Positions 25,489 to 34,176 of a stretch of 42,088 nucleotides of DNA are shown piece after piece. Every line of letters begins with the position of its first letter. The first letter of the stretch is position 1. Source of the stretch: an uncultured Intrasporangiaceae bacterium. GTDB lineage: Bacteria; Actinomycetota; Actinomycetes; Actinomycetales; Dermatophilaceae. Below the pieces are notes generated by a model, which made no database searches, had not been told where the DNA came from, and saw only the letters and a program-made list of their open reading frames with translations. The stretch is from positions 1 through 42,088 of the forward strand of contig CAYPYK010000002.1 of NCBI GenBank assembly GCA_964414665.1, read 5' to 3'. A program made the translations under genes and the position numbers.

Positions 25489-25911
25489 CTACTCCCAGGG
25501 GGTCGACAGGACGACCGTCGTGCGGGTCGAGACGTTGGCGACCGCGCGGATGGTCCCGATCAGCTCCTCGAGGTCGGTGGGCGTGGCGGTGCGCACCTTG
25601 AGGATGTAGTGCTCATCACCGGCCACCGAGTGGCACTCCTCGACCGCGTCGAGATGACGCAGCCGGTCGGGGATGTCGTCGGGGGCGGCAGGGTCGAGGG
25701 GGGTCACCGAGATGAAGGCCGTCATGGGCAGGCCGAGCGCGACCGGGTCCACCTGGGCGGTGTACCCCTTGAGGACCCCGCGCTGCTCCAGCCGCCGCAC
25801 GCGCTGGTGCACCGCCGACGTCGACATGCCGAGCGCCTTGCCGAGATCGGTGTAGCTCATCCGGCCGTCGGCGCTCAGCTGCTCGACGATCCGCCGGTCT
25901 AGATCCTCCAC
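25489..25911 (-). CDS. Lrp/AsnC-family transcriptional regulator
   Basis: 140 aa from GTG 25911. The sequence reads (M)EDLDRRIVEQLSADGRMSYTDLGKALGMSTSAVHQRVRRLEQRGVLKGYTAQVDP..GDEHYILKVR. The rest of ORF 25489..27423 is shadow. Confidence 0.88.
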   Translation of the reverse strand: MEDLDRRIVEQLSADGRMSYTDLGKALGMSTSAVHQRVRRLEQRGVLKGYTAQVDPVALGLPMTAFISVTPLDPAAPDDIPDRLRHLDAVEECHSVAGDEHYILKVRTATPTDLEELIGTIRAVANVSTRTTVVLSTPWE

Positions 25912-25924
25912 GACGTGCAGCCTA

Positions 25925-25946
25925 CGCAGAAGAATCTTCGTCTGCG
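25925..25946. promoter_or_regulatory. AT-enriched 22-bp imperfect palindrome immediately upstream of the lrp -10-like hexamer (candidate Lrp autoregulatory operator)
   Basis: In CGCAGAAGAATCTTCGTCTGCG, 9 of 11 positions are symmetric. It abuts TAGGCT (complement of 25919-25924), which lies 7 nt before the GTG. Confidence 0.35.
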
Positions 25947-26016
25947 CGCTCTGGCGGCTGACGTTTCGCCCGGTGTCGTCGCTGCCCGACGGTTCCGGCC
26001 CGTGCAACGATGGGCC

Positions 26017-26964
26017 ATGCCGACCGGCCCCCGCCTCATGCTGCTCGACTCGGCCTCGCTGTACTTCCGCGCGTTCTACGGCGTCCCCGACCAGCGGCGG
26101 ACACCGCAGGAGCCCCCGACCAACGCCGTGCGAGGCTTCCTCGACATGGTCGCGACCCTGGTGCAGACACACCGGCCCACCCATCTGGTCGCCTGTTGGG
26201 ACAACGACTGGCGGCCTCAGTTCCGGGTCGACCTGATCGCCGGCTACAAGGCGCATCGGGTGGCCGAGGGCGAGCCCACCGGTGCGGGCGGTGTCGCGGA
26301 GGCCGTCCCCGACGACCTGTCTCCGCAGGTGCCGATCATCGTCGATACCCTCCGGGCCCTCGGCATCGTCCGGCTCGGCGCCGACGGATACGAGGCCGAC
26401 GACGTCCTCGGCGCACTGACCGAGCGCTACCGCGGCCGGTGGCCCGTCGACATCGTCACGGGCGACCGCGACCTGTTCCAGCTCGTCGACGACGCCGCCT
26501 CGGTGCGGGTGCTCTACACCGCCAAGGCCGGGGTGCGCGACGCCGAGCCGATCGACCAGGCGGCGCTGATGGCGCGGTATGCCGTGCCGACCGGAGACGC
26601 CTACGCCGACATGTCGATCCTGCGCGGGGACACCAGCGACGGGCTGCCCGGGGTGGCGGGGATCGGAGAGAAGACCGCGGCCCAGCTCATCGCGGCATAC
26701 GGCTCGCTGGCGCGTCTGCGCGAGGCCGTCGACGCCGGCGACCCGGCGATCAAGGGAGCCCGGCGGGCCAACCTCGAAGCCGCGGCGGCCTACCTCGATG
26801 TCGCGCCCACCGTCGTGCGTGTCGCCAGGGACGCACCCCTGGCGGACGTCGACCCGGCCCTGCCCGGCGCCGTGGCTGACGTCCGTCTGCTCAGCGAGGT
26901 GACCTCCGCGTACGGGCTGACCGGGCCGGTGAACCGGGTCCTCGCCGCCCTCGGGCTGGGCTGA
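26017..26964 (+). CDS. 5'-3' exonuclease (Pol I N-terminal / FEN-like)
   Basis: 315 aa from ATG 26017. The sequence reads LMLLDSASLYFRAFYG..NAVRGFLDM..WDNDWRPQFRVDLIAGYKAHR..GYEADDVLG..VTGDRDLFQLV..GDTSDGLPGVAGIGEKTAAQL. Confidence 0.85.
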   Translation: MPTGPRLMLLDSASLYFRAFYGVPDQRRTPQEPPTNAVRGFLDMVATLVQTHRPTHLVACWDNDWRPQFRVDLIAGYKAHRVAEGEPTGAGGVAEAVPDDLSPQVPIIVDTLRALGIVRLGADGYEADDVLGALTERYRGRWPVDIVTGDRDLFQLVDDAASVRVLYTAKAGVRDAEPIDQAALMARYAVPTGDAYADMSILRGDTSDGLPGVAGIGEKTAAQLIAAYGSLARLREAVDAGDPAIKGARRANLEAAAAYLDVAPTVVRVARDAPLADVDPALPGAVADVRLLSEVTSAYGLTGPVNRVLAALGLG

Positions 26965-27031
26965 CCACGCTCGACGCCCGCGAGGGGCTTGACCAGGCCG
27001 AGCAGGGTGGTTGCCTTCGGCGTCGCCGGTC

Positions 27032-29866
27032 TCAGTCCAGGCGGTCGGCCGCGACGACGCCGCGCAGCACCGCGTCCACGGCCTTGCGGGCCGTCGCGCG
27101 CAGAACCGGGTCGGTGGCCGCGTCGCCGACCTGGTCCAGGAGGTCGACGATCTGCTTGCACCGGCGCACGAAGTCGCCGGCCGAGATGTCCCGCCCGCGC
27201 AGGACCGCGTCGAGCCGGGCCCCGCTCGCCCACCGGTGCACCATCCACGCCATCCCGGAGTCGGGAGCCCCAGTCGTGGGCAGCGCGTGCTCGTTCTCGA
27301 GGTCGTCGACCCGGCTCCACAGCCGCTGCATGTCGGTGAGGGCCCGGGCCACCTCCTCGGTCGGGAGCCGGGGCGACAGATCGGCATCATCGCGCCGCGG
27401 CTCGTAGACGAGGGCCGACACACAGGCCGCCAGCCCCGGCGCGTCCAGCTGCTTCCACACGTCGTGGCGCAGGCACTCGGCCGCCAACAGGTCGCGCTCG
27501 GTGTACAGGCGGCGCAGCCGCTGGCCGAGCTCGGTGACGGCCGACCCGTCCTGCGTGAGGTAGCCGAGGCCGGCCAGGGCCAGGCAGATCCGGTCGAAGG
27601 TGCGGGCTACCGTGTTGGTGCGCCCTTCGACCTTGCGCTGCAGCCCCACCGTCTCACGAGTGAGGCGCCACCATCGCTCGGCCCAGCGGGCGTGCTCCTC
27701 CCGGTCGGGGCAGCGGTGGCACGGGTGGGCCCGCAGCTCCCGGCGCAGCTGCTCGACCCGGTCGCTGGTGTCCGCCGCGGCCTGCCGCGCCGTCGTGCGG
27801 GGCGGCGGCTCGTGCGGCACCGCCGCCCGCATCGAGCTCGCGAGGTCGCGGCGGGACTTCGGCGACTTCGCGTTGAAGTCCCTGCCGACCCGGATCCGGG
27901 TGACCGGCTGGACCGGCTCGGGGACGTCGACCACCGTGAGCCGGCGCAGCTGGCGGTCCTCGGTGACGACCGAGGGCCCCTGTGCGTGTCCGCCCTTGGT
28001 CAGGCGCGCCGGGGCGACGACGACGGCCCATCCGGCCCGGCGGCCCGCCGGGACCCGGAACACGTCGCCCACGGTCAGCGACTCCAGGCTGAGTGCCGCC
28101 TCCGCCCGACGGCTCGCCGACCGCTTCCTGGCGCCGTCCTTCTCGACGTCGGCGATCGCGCGCCGCAACGCGGCATACTCCCGGAAGTCCCCGAGGCGGC
28201 AGTGCATGGCCTCGGCGTAGCCGGCCAGGGCCTCCTCGTTGCGGCGCACCGCGCCGGCCATGCCGACGACGCCCCGGTCGGCCTGGAACTGGGCGAACGA
28301 GGTCTCGAGGATCTCCCGTGCGACATCCCGCCCCACCTGGGCCACGAGGTTGACGGCCATGTTGTAGGTGGGCCGGAAGCTCGAGCGCAGCGGGTAGGTC
28401 CGGGTCGAGGCGAGGCCTCCGACGGCGAGAGGGTCCAGGCCACGGGTCCACATCACCAGGGCGTGCCCCTCGATGTCGATCCCCCGGCGCCCGGCGCGGC
28501 CGGTGAGCTGGGTGTACTCGGCCGGGGTGATGTCGGCATGGGTCTCGCCGTTGAACTTCACGAGCTTCTCGAGGACGACGGTGCGGGCGGGCATGTTGAT
28601 GCCGAGGGCGAGGGTCTCCGTGGCGAAGACCGCCTTGATCCGGCCCTCGGTGAACAGCTCCTCGACGATCTCCCGGAACAGCGGGAGCATCCCCGCGTGA
28701 TGGGCCGCGAACCCGCGCGACAACCCCTCGAGAAGATCCCAGTACCCGAGCACGGAGAGGTCCTCGTCGGCCAGGACATCGACCCGGTCCTCCACGAGGC
28801 GGCGGATCTGGTCCCCCTCCCGCTCGGGGATCAGGGTCGTCCCGGCGGCCAGGAGCTGGCCGATCGCGGCGTCGCAGCCCACCCGGCTGAACACGAAGAG
28901 GATCGCCGGCAGCAGCCCCTCGCGCTCGAGCTGCTCGACGACCTCGGCCCGCGTCGCGCCGCCGCCCGGTCGGCCGCCGCGCGCGAACCCGCGGCCACCA
29001 GGAGCGCCGCCCGGCCCGCGAGGTACCCGACCCCGGCGTCCTGCCCGGCCGCCACGGATGCCCGGCGCAGGCCGCGGGTCGGTGTCCCAGCGACCCCGCT
29101 GCTCCGCGTTGCGGATGGCCTCGAGCAGGTCGGGGTTGAGCCGGGCGGGCCGTCCTGGGCCGCCCGGGCCGGCGGTGGGGTCGGCGTCCTCGGCGAAGAG
29201 GTCGAACATGGTGGTGCCGACGAGCATGTGCTGCCACAGCGGGATCGGCCGGTGCTCGGAGACGATCACCGCATGGTTGCCGCGCACCTCGGCCAGCCAG
29301 TCCCCGAACTCCTCGGCGTTGCTCACGGTGGCCGACAGCGAGATGACCTGGACGTCCTCGGGGAGGTGGATGATGACCTCCTCCCACACCGCCCCGCGGA
29401 ACCGGTCGGCGAGGTAGTGCACCTCGTCCATGACGACGAAGCCGAGGCCCTGCAGGGTGCTGGACCCGGCGTACATCATGTTCCGTAGCACCTCGGTCGT
29501 CATGACGACGACCGGGGCGTCGCCGTTGACCGACGCGTCGCCGGTCAGCAGGCCGACCCGATCCGCGCCGTGCCGACGGACGAGGTCGTGGTACTTCTGG
29601 TTGGACAGTGCCTTGATCGGTGTGGTGTAGAAGGCCTTGCGTCCGGACGCGAGTGCGAGGTGGACGGCGAACTCCCCCACCACGGTCTTGCCGGCCCCGG
29701 TCGGCGCCGCGACGAGGACACCACGGCCGGCCTCGACCGCCTCGCACGCCTGCACCTGGAAGTCGTCGAGCGGGAAGCCGAGCGACTCGACGAACCGGCC
29801 GAGCTCGGACCGGGCCCGCCGCCCGCGGGCGGCGGCCGCGGCATACCGCTCGGCGGGGGTGGACAC
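27032..29866 (-). CDS. helY: Ski2-like DEAD/DEAH-box RNA helicase HelY
   Basis: 944 aa from GTG 29866; ORF 27032..30589 was trimmed. Motifs are AAPTGAGKT, TTPIKALSNQKY, MDEVHYL, SATVSN, FVFSR, HHAGMLP, ATETLALGINMPA and TGRAGRRG. Confidence 0.9.
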   Translation of the reverse strand: MSTPAERYAAAAARGRRARSELGRFVESLGFPLDDFQVQACEAVEAGRGVLVAAPTGAGKTVVGEFAVHLALASGRKAFYTTPIKALSNQKYHDLVRRHGADRVGLLTGDASVNGDAPVVVMTTEVLRNMMYAGSSTLQGLGFVVMDEVHYLADRFRGAVWEEVIIHLPEDVQVISLSATVSNAEEFGDWLAEVRGNHAVIVSEHRPIPLWQHMLVGTTMFDLFAEDADPTAGPGGPGRPARLNPDLLEAIRNAEQRGRWDTDPRPAPGIRGGRAGRRGRVPRGPGGAPGGRGFARGGRPGGGATRAEVVEQLEREGLLPAILFVFSRVGCDAAIGQLLAAGTTLIPEREGDQIRRLVEDRVDVLADEDLSVLGYWDLLEGLSRGFAAHHAGMLPLFREIVEELFTEGRIKAVFATETLALGINMPARTVVLEKLVKFNGETHADITPAEYTQLTGRAGRRGIDIEGHALVMWTRGLDPLAVGGLASTRTYPLRSSFRPTYNMAVNLVAQVGRDVAREILETSFAQFQADRGVVGMAGAVRRNEEALAGYAEAMHCRLGDFREYAALRRAIADVEKDGARKRSASRRAEAALSLESLTVGDVFRVPAGRRAGWAVVVAPARLTKGGHAQGPSVVTEDRQLRRLTVVDVPEPVQPVTRIRVGRDFNAKSPKSRRDLASSMRAAVPHEPPPRTTARQAAADTSDRVEQLRRELRAHPCHRCPDREEHARWAERWWRLTRETVGLQRKVEGRTNTVARTFDRICLALAGLGYLTQDGSAVTELGQRLRRLYTERDLLAAECLRHDVWKQLDAPGLAACVSALVYEPRRDDADLSPRLPTEEVARALTDMQRLWSRVDDLENEHALPTTGAPDSGMAWMVHRWASGARLDAVLRGRDISAGDFVRRCKQIVDLLDQVGDAATDPVLRATARKAVDAVLRGVVAADRLD

Positions 29867-29934
29867 ATGCCTCAGGCTACGTGAGCAGCGGTACCGGCAC
29901 CGGGAGCCGGCCACCGTGCCGACGGGGCCGGCGC

Positions 29935-30822
29935 TCAGGCGAGGATCGTGAGAGCGCCCGGAACGACCTCGAGGTCGAGCGGCAGGGGCGCGAACCGCTC
30001 GCCATCGGCGTAGCCGACGATCCCCGCGGCCTCGATGCGCACGTGGCGGCCCCGGATGACCTCGACCGCCGGGTGGGACAGGTGCGCCCCGGAGTACACC
30101 TTGGGGAAGACCCGGAGGAACTCCACCATCCCGATCTCGTGCAGGACCAGGACGTCGGCCAGCCCGTCGTCGAACACCGCCGTCGGGACGACCCTCATCC
30201 CGCCCCCGTAGGCCGGCCCGTTGCCCACCGCGACGAGCATGGCTGCGGTGTCGTGGCGGACGCCGTCGACCTCGAGGACGTAGTGGATGGGGCGGAACAC
30301 CGGCAGCTCGCGCAGCGTGGCGAGGTTGTAGCGCATCTTGCCCCGCGGCCACCGCCATCCGTTGGCGCGCTCGTTGACGACCGCGTCGAACCCGGCCGCG
30401 AGGACACCGACGAACCACAGGTGCCCCTCCCCCGCCGGATGCCGCGTCGCGTCCACCGACCGGGTCGTCCGCAGGACGATCCGGGCCACCGCCGCGGCGG
30501 GGTCCCGCACGGGCAGGCCGAGCTCGCGGGCGATGTCGTTGCCCGTCCCGGCCGCGATGATGCCGAGCGGGACACCGGTTCCGGCACACACGTTGGCGCC
30601 GAGGTGGGCCATGCCGTCGCCGCCGGCGACGACGAGGGAGTCGATCTCGCCCGCCGCGACCGCCCTCCTGGCCCGGTCCGACGCCTGCGTCGCGTCGGCG
30701 CCGCTGAGGTCGCGGACCTCCAGGCCCGCCGCGGCGAGCCGGTGGGCGGCCTCCTGGCCCATCCGCTCCCCGTTCCCCCGTCCCGCGGTGGGGTTGACGA
30801 CGAGGCCGATCCGGGTGGTCAT
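29935..30822 (-). CDS. Diacylglycerol-kinase-family lipid kinase
   Basis: 295 aa from ATG 30822. The sequence reads IGLVVNPTAGRG..VVAGGDGM..PLGIIAAGTGNDIAR..GGGM. TACTGT lies 7 nt upstream of the ATG. Confidence 0.85.
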   Translation of the reverse strand: MTTRIGLVVNPTAGRGNGERMGQEAAHRLAAAGLEVRDLSGADATQASDRARRAVAAGEIDSLVVAGGDGMAHLGANVCAGTGVPLGIIAAGTGNDIARELGLPVRDPAAAVARIVLRTTRSVDATRHPAGEGHLWFVGVLAAGFDAVVNERANGWRWPRGKMRYNLATLRELPVFRPIHYVLEVDGVRHDTAAMLVAVGNGPAYGGGMRVVPTAVFDDGLADVLVLHEIGMVEFLRVFPKVYSGAHLSHPAVEVIRGRHVRIEAAGIVGYADGERFAPLPLDLEVVPGALTILA

Positions 30823-30892
30823 GGCCCGGACAGTACCGGCTCGGTGACCCGTGCGCGGCCGGGTCGGCGGCGCTTCGGCGACGCCCCCGGTC

Positions 30893-31705
30893 TCAGATGG
30901 CCGACGCCTCGTCATCCGCGGTCTCGAGCCAGTCCGGCCGGCTCTTGGCGCGACGCCGGTCGATGAGGCGGGCGACGAGGTAGGCGGCGAAGTAGAGCAG
31001 GAGCAGCGGCCCGGCCAGGAGGAACATCGTGTAGGCGTCGGGGGTGGGGGTGGCGACCGCCGCGAAGACGAAGATGAGCACCACGGCGACCCGCCAGCCG
31101 CGGAGCATGAGGTGGCTCGGCAGGACGTGGGCGAGGTTGAGCCCGATCAGCAGGACGGGGAACAGGGCGGCCAGCCCGAACACGAGGATGAACCGCATGA
31201 CGAAGGTGAAGTAGTCGGTCGTCTGCTGGATGTTGGAGGCACCCTGGGGGGTGAAGCCGTAGAGGATCTCGAGCGACTTCGGCAGGATCCAGTAGCCGAA
31301 CCAGCATCCGCCCAGGAACAGCGGGGCGATCGCGCCGACGAAGGCGAGCGAGATCCTCTTCTCCCGGCGGGTCAGGCCCGGGACGATGAAGGCCCACACC
31401 TGGTAGAGCCAGACCGGGCTGGACACCAGGACCCCCACGAAGATGGAGACGTTGACCTGGTTGCTGAAGGCGGCCGTGGCGTTGGCGAAGTTGAGGCTGA
31501 TGAGGCTGTGGGGGTGCAGCCGCTTGTAGTCGGAGAACGGGCGCGAGAGCGTGTCGAAGATGAACTGGTACTGGGTGAAGCCGAGGATGGCGACCCCGAC
31601 GACCGCGCCGGCCGAGATGACCAGCCGGCGGCGGAACTCCAGCAGGTGCTCGCGCAGCGTCATCCGGCCCTCGGGGTCCCGAGAGCGGCGGCGGAGCCGT
31701 GCCAT
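30893..31705 (-). CDS. tatC: Twin-arginine translocase subunit TatC
   Basis: 270 aa. The N-terminus reads MTLREHLLEFRRRL. There are six hydrophobic segments, and the sequence includes PGLTRREKR. Confidence 0.92.
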   Translation of the reverse strand: MARLRRRSRDPEGRMTLREHLLEFRRRLVISAGAVVGVAILGFTQYQFIFDTLSRPFSDYKRLHPHSLISLNFANATAAFSNQVNVSIFVGVLVSSPVWLYQVWAFIVPGLTRREKRISLAFVGAIAPLFLGGCWFGYWILPKSLEILYGFTPQGASNIQQTTDYFTFVMRFILVFGLAALFPVLLIGLNLAHVLPSHLMLRGWRVAVVLIFVFAAVATPTPDAYTMFLLAGPLLLLYFAAYLVARLIDRRRAKSRPDWLETADDEASAI

Positions 31706-31737
31706 CTACCGGTGGTTGGGCTGGTGCTGGTGCTAGG

Positions 31738-32019
31738 TCAGGCGCCGGGCCCGGACGGCTTGTCTGTCTTCGGCGCGTTCTCCCGGACGGGGTCGTCCTC
31801 GGTCGTCTCGGCCGTGCGCTGGACCGTCTCGCCCGCGACGGTCTCGGTGGACGCGCTCGACTTCGCGTCGCCCTTCATCTCGTCGATCTCCGACTTGAAG
31901 ACCCGGGCGGAGCGACCCAGGCTGCGGGCGGCCTCGGGGAGCCGCTTGGACCCGAAGACCACCACCAGGACGACGATCAGCACGAGGACGTGCCAGGGCT
32001 CGAGCCCGTTTCTGAACAT
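31738..32019 (-). CDS. tatA: Twin-arginine translocase subunit TatA/E
   Basis: 93 aa. It has an N-terminal TM helix plus an amphipathic helix ([35 protein letters not shown]) and an acidic tail. Confidence 0.9.
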   Translation of the reverse strand: MFRNGLEPWHVLVLIVVLVVVFGSKRLPEAARSLGRSARVFKSEIDEMKGDAKSSASTETVAGETVQRTAETTEDDPVRENAPKTDKPSGPGA

Positions 32020-32148
32020 GGAGGCTGCCTTTCGGGATGGCCGGTGCGGATCAGTCTACGGCCCCGCCACGGCAGGACCGGTCAGTTGGACCGAGCCCGC
32101 CCCGGCGGCCGCGCCCGACGATCCGCCTGCCGGGAGGTCCGCGCGCCG

Positions 32149-33129
32149 CTAGCCGGCGTCGTCGGTGTATGCCGCGAGGGCACGGGCCGCCCCCTGGCCC
32201 ACCTCGGCGGTCAGCGACGCAGGGTCGAGGACGCGGCCGCGCCCCCCGAGCCGCCACATGAGCCGCCGCAGCCAGGCCGTGTCGCCCGTACGCAGCGTGA
32301 CGACCAGAGCGTTGTCGTCGGTCGCCGTCACCGACTCGACGGGGTAGTAGTCGCTGACCCATCGGGCGCTCGGCGAGAGCCGTACCGTGACCAGGAGGTC
32401 GTCCGGAGCCGGCCGGAACACTCCCTCGCTGAGGTCGCGTACCCGCGCCTGCTCCGGCGGCGTCCCGTCGACGTCGAGCACCCGGAGGGACTCGATGCGG
32501 TCCATCCGGAACATCCGGGTGTCCTGCGCCCGGTGGCACCAGCCCTCGAGGTACCAGTGGCCGTCGAGGCTGACCACGCGCATCGGGTCGACGTCACGTT
32601 CGGTGCTCTCGTCCCGGCTCGGGACCAGGTAGCGCAGGTGCAGTCGGCGGTGTCTCTCGACGCCCTCCCGGGCCCGGGCGAGCAGGTCGGCGTCGATGCC
32701 GCCCTCGATCTCGACGAGCACCCGCCCCGCGCCCTCGGCGGCGGTCCCGGCGGTCCCGGCCAGCTTGGCCAGGGTCCGCTCAACCGCCTCGCGCTCCCCG
32801 AGGCCGGGGACGTCGAGCAGGGCGCGCAGCCCGACCATGAGGGTGACGGCCTCGTCACGGCCCAGCCGCAGCGGCCGCGCGATGGCCTCGGCGTTGGAGA
32901 CGTAGACCCGGCCGCCCTCCCAGCGGGCGTCGATGAGCTCGTCGGGCATCTGCCCGTAGCCGCAGAGGAAGAGCAGGTTGAGGTCGGCCTCGAGCTGGGC
33001 GGGGGTGACCCCGAGCCCCGCTGCGGCCTCCTCGAGGTGGATGCCCTGCCGGTTGACCAGCCAGGGGACCATCGTGAGCAGCCGGGAGAGCCGGCTCGTG
33101 GCGGTCTCTGGCGCCGAGCGCGCGTTCAC
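32149..33129 (-). CDS. pafC: WYL-domain transcriptional regulator PafC
   Basis: 326 aa from GTG 33129 (GTGA overlap with the pafB stop). It has an HTH region (RLSRLLTMVPWL) and a WYL region (GHWYLEGWCHRAQDTRMFRMDRI). Confidence 0.85.
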   Translation of the reverse strand: MNARSAPETATSRLSRLLTMVPWLVNRQGIHLEEAAAGLGVTPAQLEADLNLLFLCGYGQMPDELIDARWEGGRVYVSNAEAIARPLRLGRDEAVTLMVGLRALLDVPGLGEREAVERTLAKLAGTAGTAAEGAGRVLVEIEGGIDADLLARAREGVERHRRLHLRYLVPSRDESTERDVDPMRVVSLDGHWYLEGWCHRAQDTRMFRMDRIESLRVLDVDGTPPEQARVRDLSEGVFRPAPDDLLVTVRLSPSARWVSDYYPVESVTATDDNALVVTLRTGDTAWLRRLMWRLGGRGRVLDPASLTAEVGQGAARALAAYTDDAG

Positions 33130-34121
33130 GGCAGCGCCCCGTGGGCCTCGGCAGCGCCGGTGAGCCGGCGCACGACGGCGTCGACGAGCTCGGCAGGCTC
33201 CTGCGCGACGACGTCCGGGCCGTAGCCGCACAGCTCCTCGGCCAGCGGCTCGAGCTCGGTGTAGACGATCCTCAGCGCATCCCATCCGGCCGGGGCGGTG
33301 CCCGAGGGGGCCTGCGCCCGTCGGCGCAGCCCCTGGCCCGCGCCGACACGGACCCGGACCACGGCCGTCCTCGCCGGCGCCGGCGCCGACGCCGAGCCCT
33401 GGATCATCTCGTGGGCCCGGTGGTCCGCCGGCACACTGTACGAGCCCGGAGAACCGTCGGGGCGGACGGGGCCGACGATGCGCGACAGTCGGAACACCCG
33501 GGCGGCGTCACGGTCGAGGTCGAAGCCGTTGAGGTACCACCGGCCGTGCCACGAGGCCAGGGTCCACGGCTGGACCCGGCGGGTCGTCGCGTGCTGCGCG
33601 TCGGGGCGCCGGTAGTCGAACCGGACCGGCAGCTGGCGCAGTACCGCGTCCTTGACCGCGTCGAAGGCCGGCTCAGCCGTGCGCAGGCGCGGCTCGATCC
33701 CGATGAGCGAGCCCTCGTCCCGCTCCACCCCGGCGCTCCGGAGCTTGCGCAGGGCCTGCGCCGCGGGTCCGGCGAGCGAGGCCTGGGCCCACGTGCGGCT
33801 GGCCAGGCCCAGCACCGCCAGCTCGTCGGGCTCGAAGGAGATGTCCGGCAGCGCGTAGTCCCGCTCGTGGATGCGGTAGCCCGGCTCGTCCTCCCAGAGG
33901 CTGTCGATCTCCTCGGTCACCAGGGGCACCCCGAGCTCGCGCAGCTCGTCCTTGTCCCGCTCGAACATCCGGTCGAAGGCCTCGGTCGACGCGGCGCTGC
34001 CGTACTGCGGCACGAGCTCGCGGATCTTGCTCTTGGGCAGCGGCCGACGGGTGTACAGCAGCACGAGGACGAGGTTGAGCAACCGCTCGGTCTTGGCGGC
34101 CGGACCCGGTGCTGCCCTCAT
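33126..34121 (-). CDS. pafB: WYL-domain transcriptional regulator PafB
   Basis: 331 aa from ATG 34121. It has an HTH region (TERLLNLVLVLLYTRRPL) and a WYL region (HGRWYLNGFDLDRDAARVFRLSRI). TAGCGT lies 8 nt upstream of the ATG. Confidence 0.85.
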   Translation of the reverse strand: MRAAPGPAAKTERLLNLVLVLLYTRRPLPKSKIRELVPQYGSAASTEAFDRMFERDKDELRELGVPLVTEEIDSLWEDEPGYRIHERDYALPDISFEPDELAVLGLASRTWAQASLAGPAAQALRKLRSAGVERDEGSLIGIEPRLRTAEPAFDAVKDAVLRQLPVRFDYRRPDAQHATTRRVQPWTLASWHGRWYLNGFDLDRDAARVFRLSRIVGPVRPDGSPGSYSVPADHRAHEMIQGSASAPAPARTAVVRVRVGAGQGLRRRAQAPSGTAPAGWDALRIVYTELEPLAEELCGYGPDVVAQEPAELVDAVVRRLTGAAEAHGALP

Positions 34122-34176
34122 GGCCGCAGACGCTACCCGACGCGCGCGCCCGTCCATGGATACGCTGCCGGACGTG

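Noticed and set aside
27011-29747. Long ORFs 27011..29488 (+, 825 aa) and 27654..29747 (-, 697 aa)
   Set aside because: They are antisense or out of frame relative to helY, whose frame shows helicase motifs I-VI. Their composition is R/G/P-dominated.
19893-29866. kamD, kdd and helY all begin GTG-TCY-AC (Met-Ser-Thr)
   Set aside because: There are three occurrences of an 8-nt match. The upstream contexts differ: SD for kdd, -10-like hexamers for kamD and helY. This is most likely coincidence, and I could not build a longer shared motif.
15490-30589. Long N-terminal extensions of track ORFs (15490..17337, 17076..17783, 17467..19425, 20272..23265, 25489..27423, 27032..30589; likewise 2942..4408, 3098..4504, 3463..5715 and 14152..15210)
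   Set aside because: The extensions run through neighbouring genes and are R/P/G-rich. Homology-like sequence begins at internal ATG or GTG codons that coincide with SD sequences, -10 hexamers or start/stop overlaps. I trimmed each ORF to those starts.
34126-34146. PafBC / RecA-NDp-type promoter motif (TGTCRGTG-N8-TANNNT) in the pafB-DUF3866 gap
   Set aside because: Only a partial resemblance (CGTCGGGTA) is present. The required 8-nt spacing to a TANNNT hexamer is not met on either strand.
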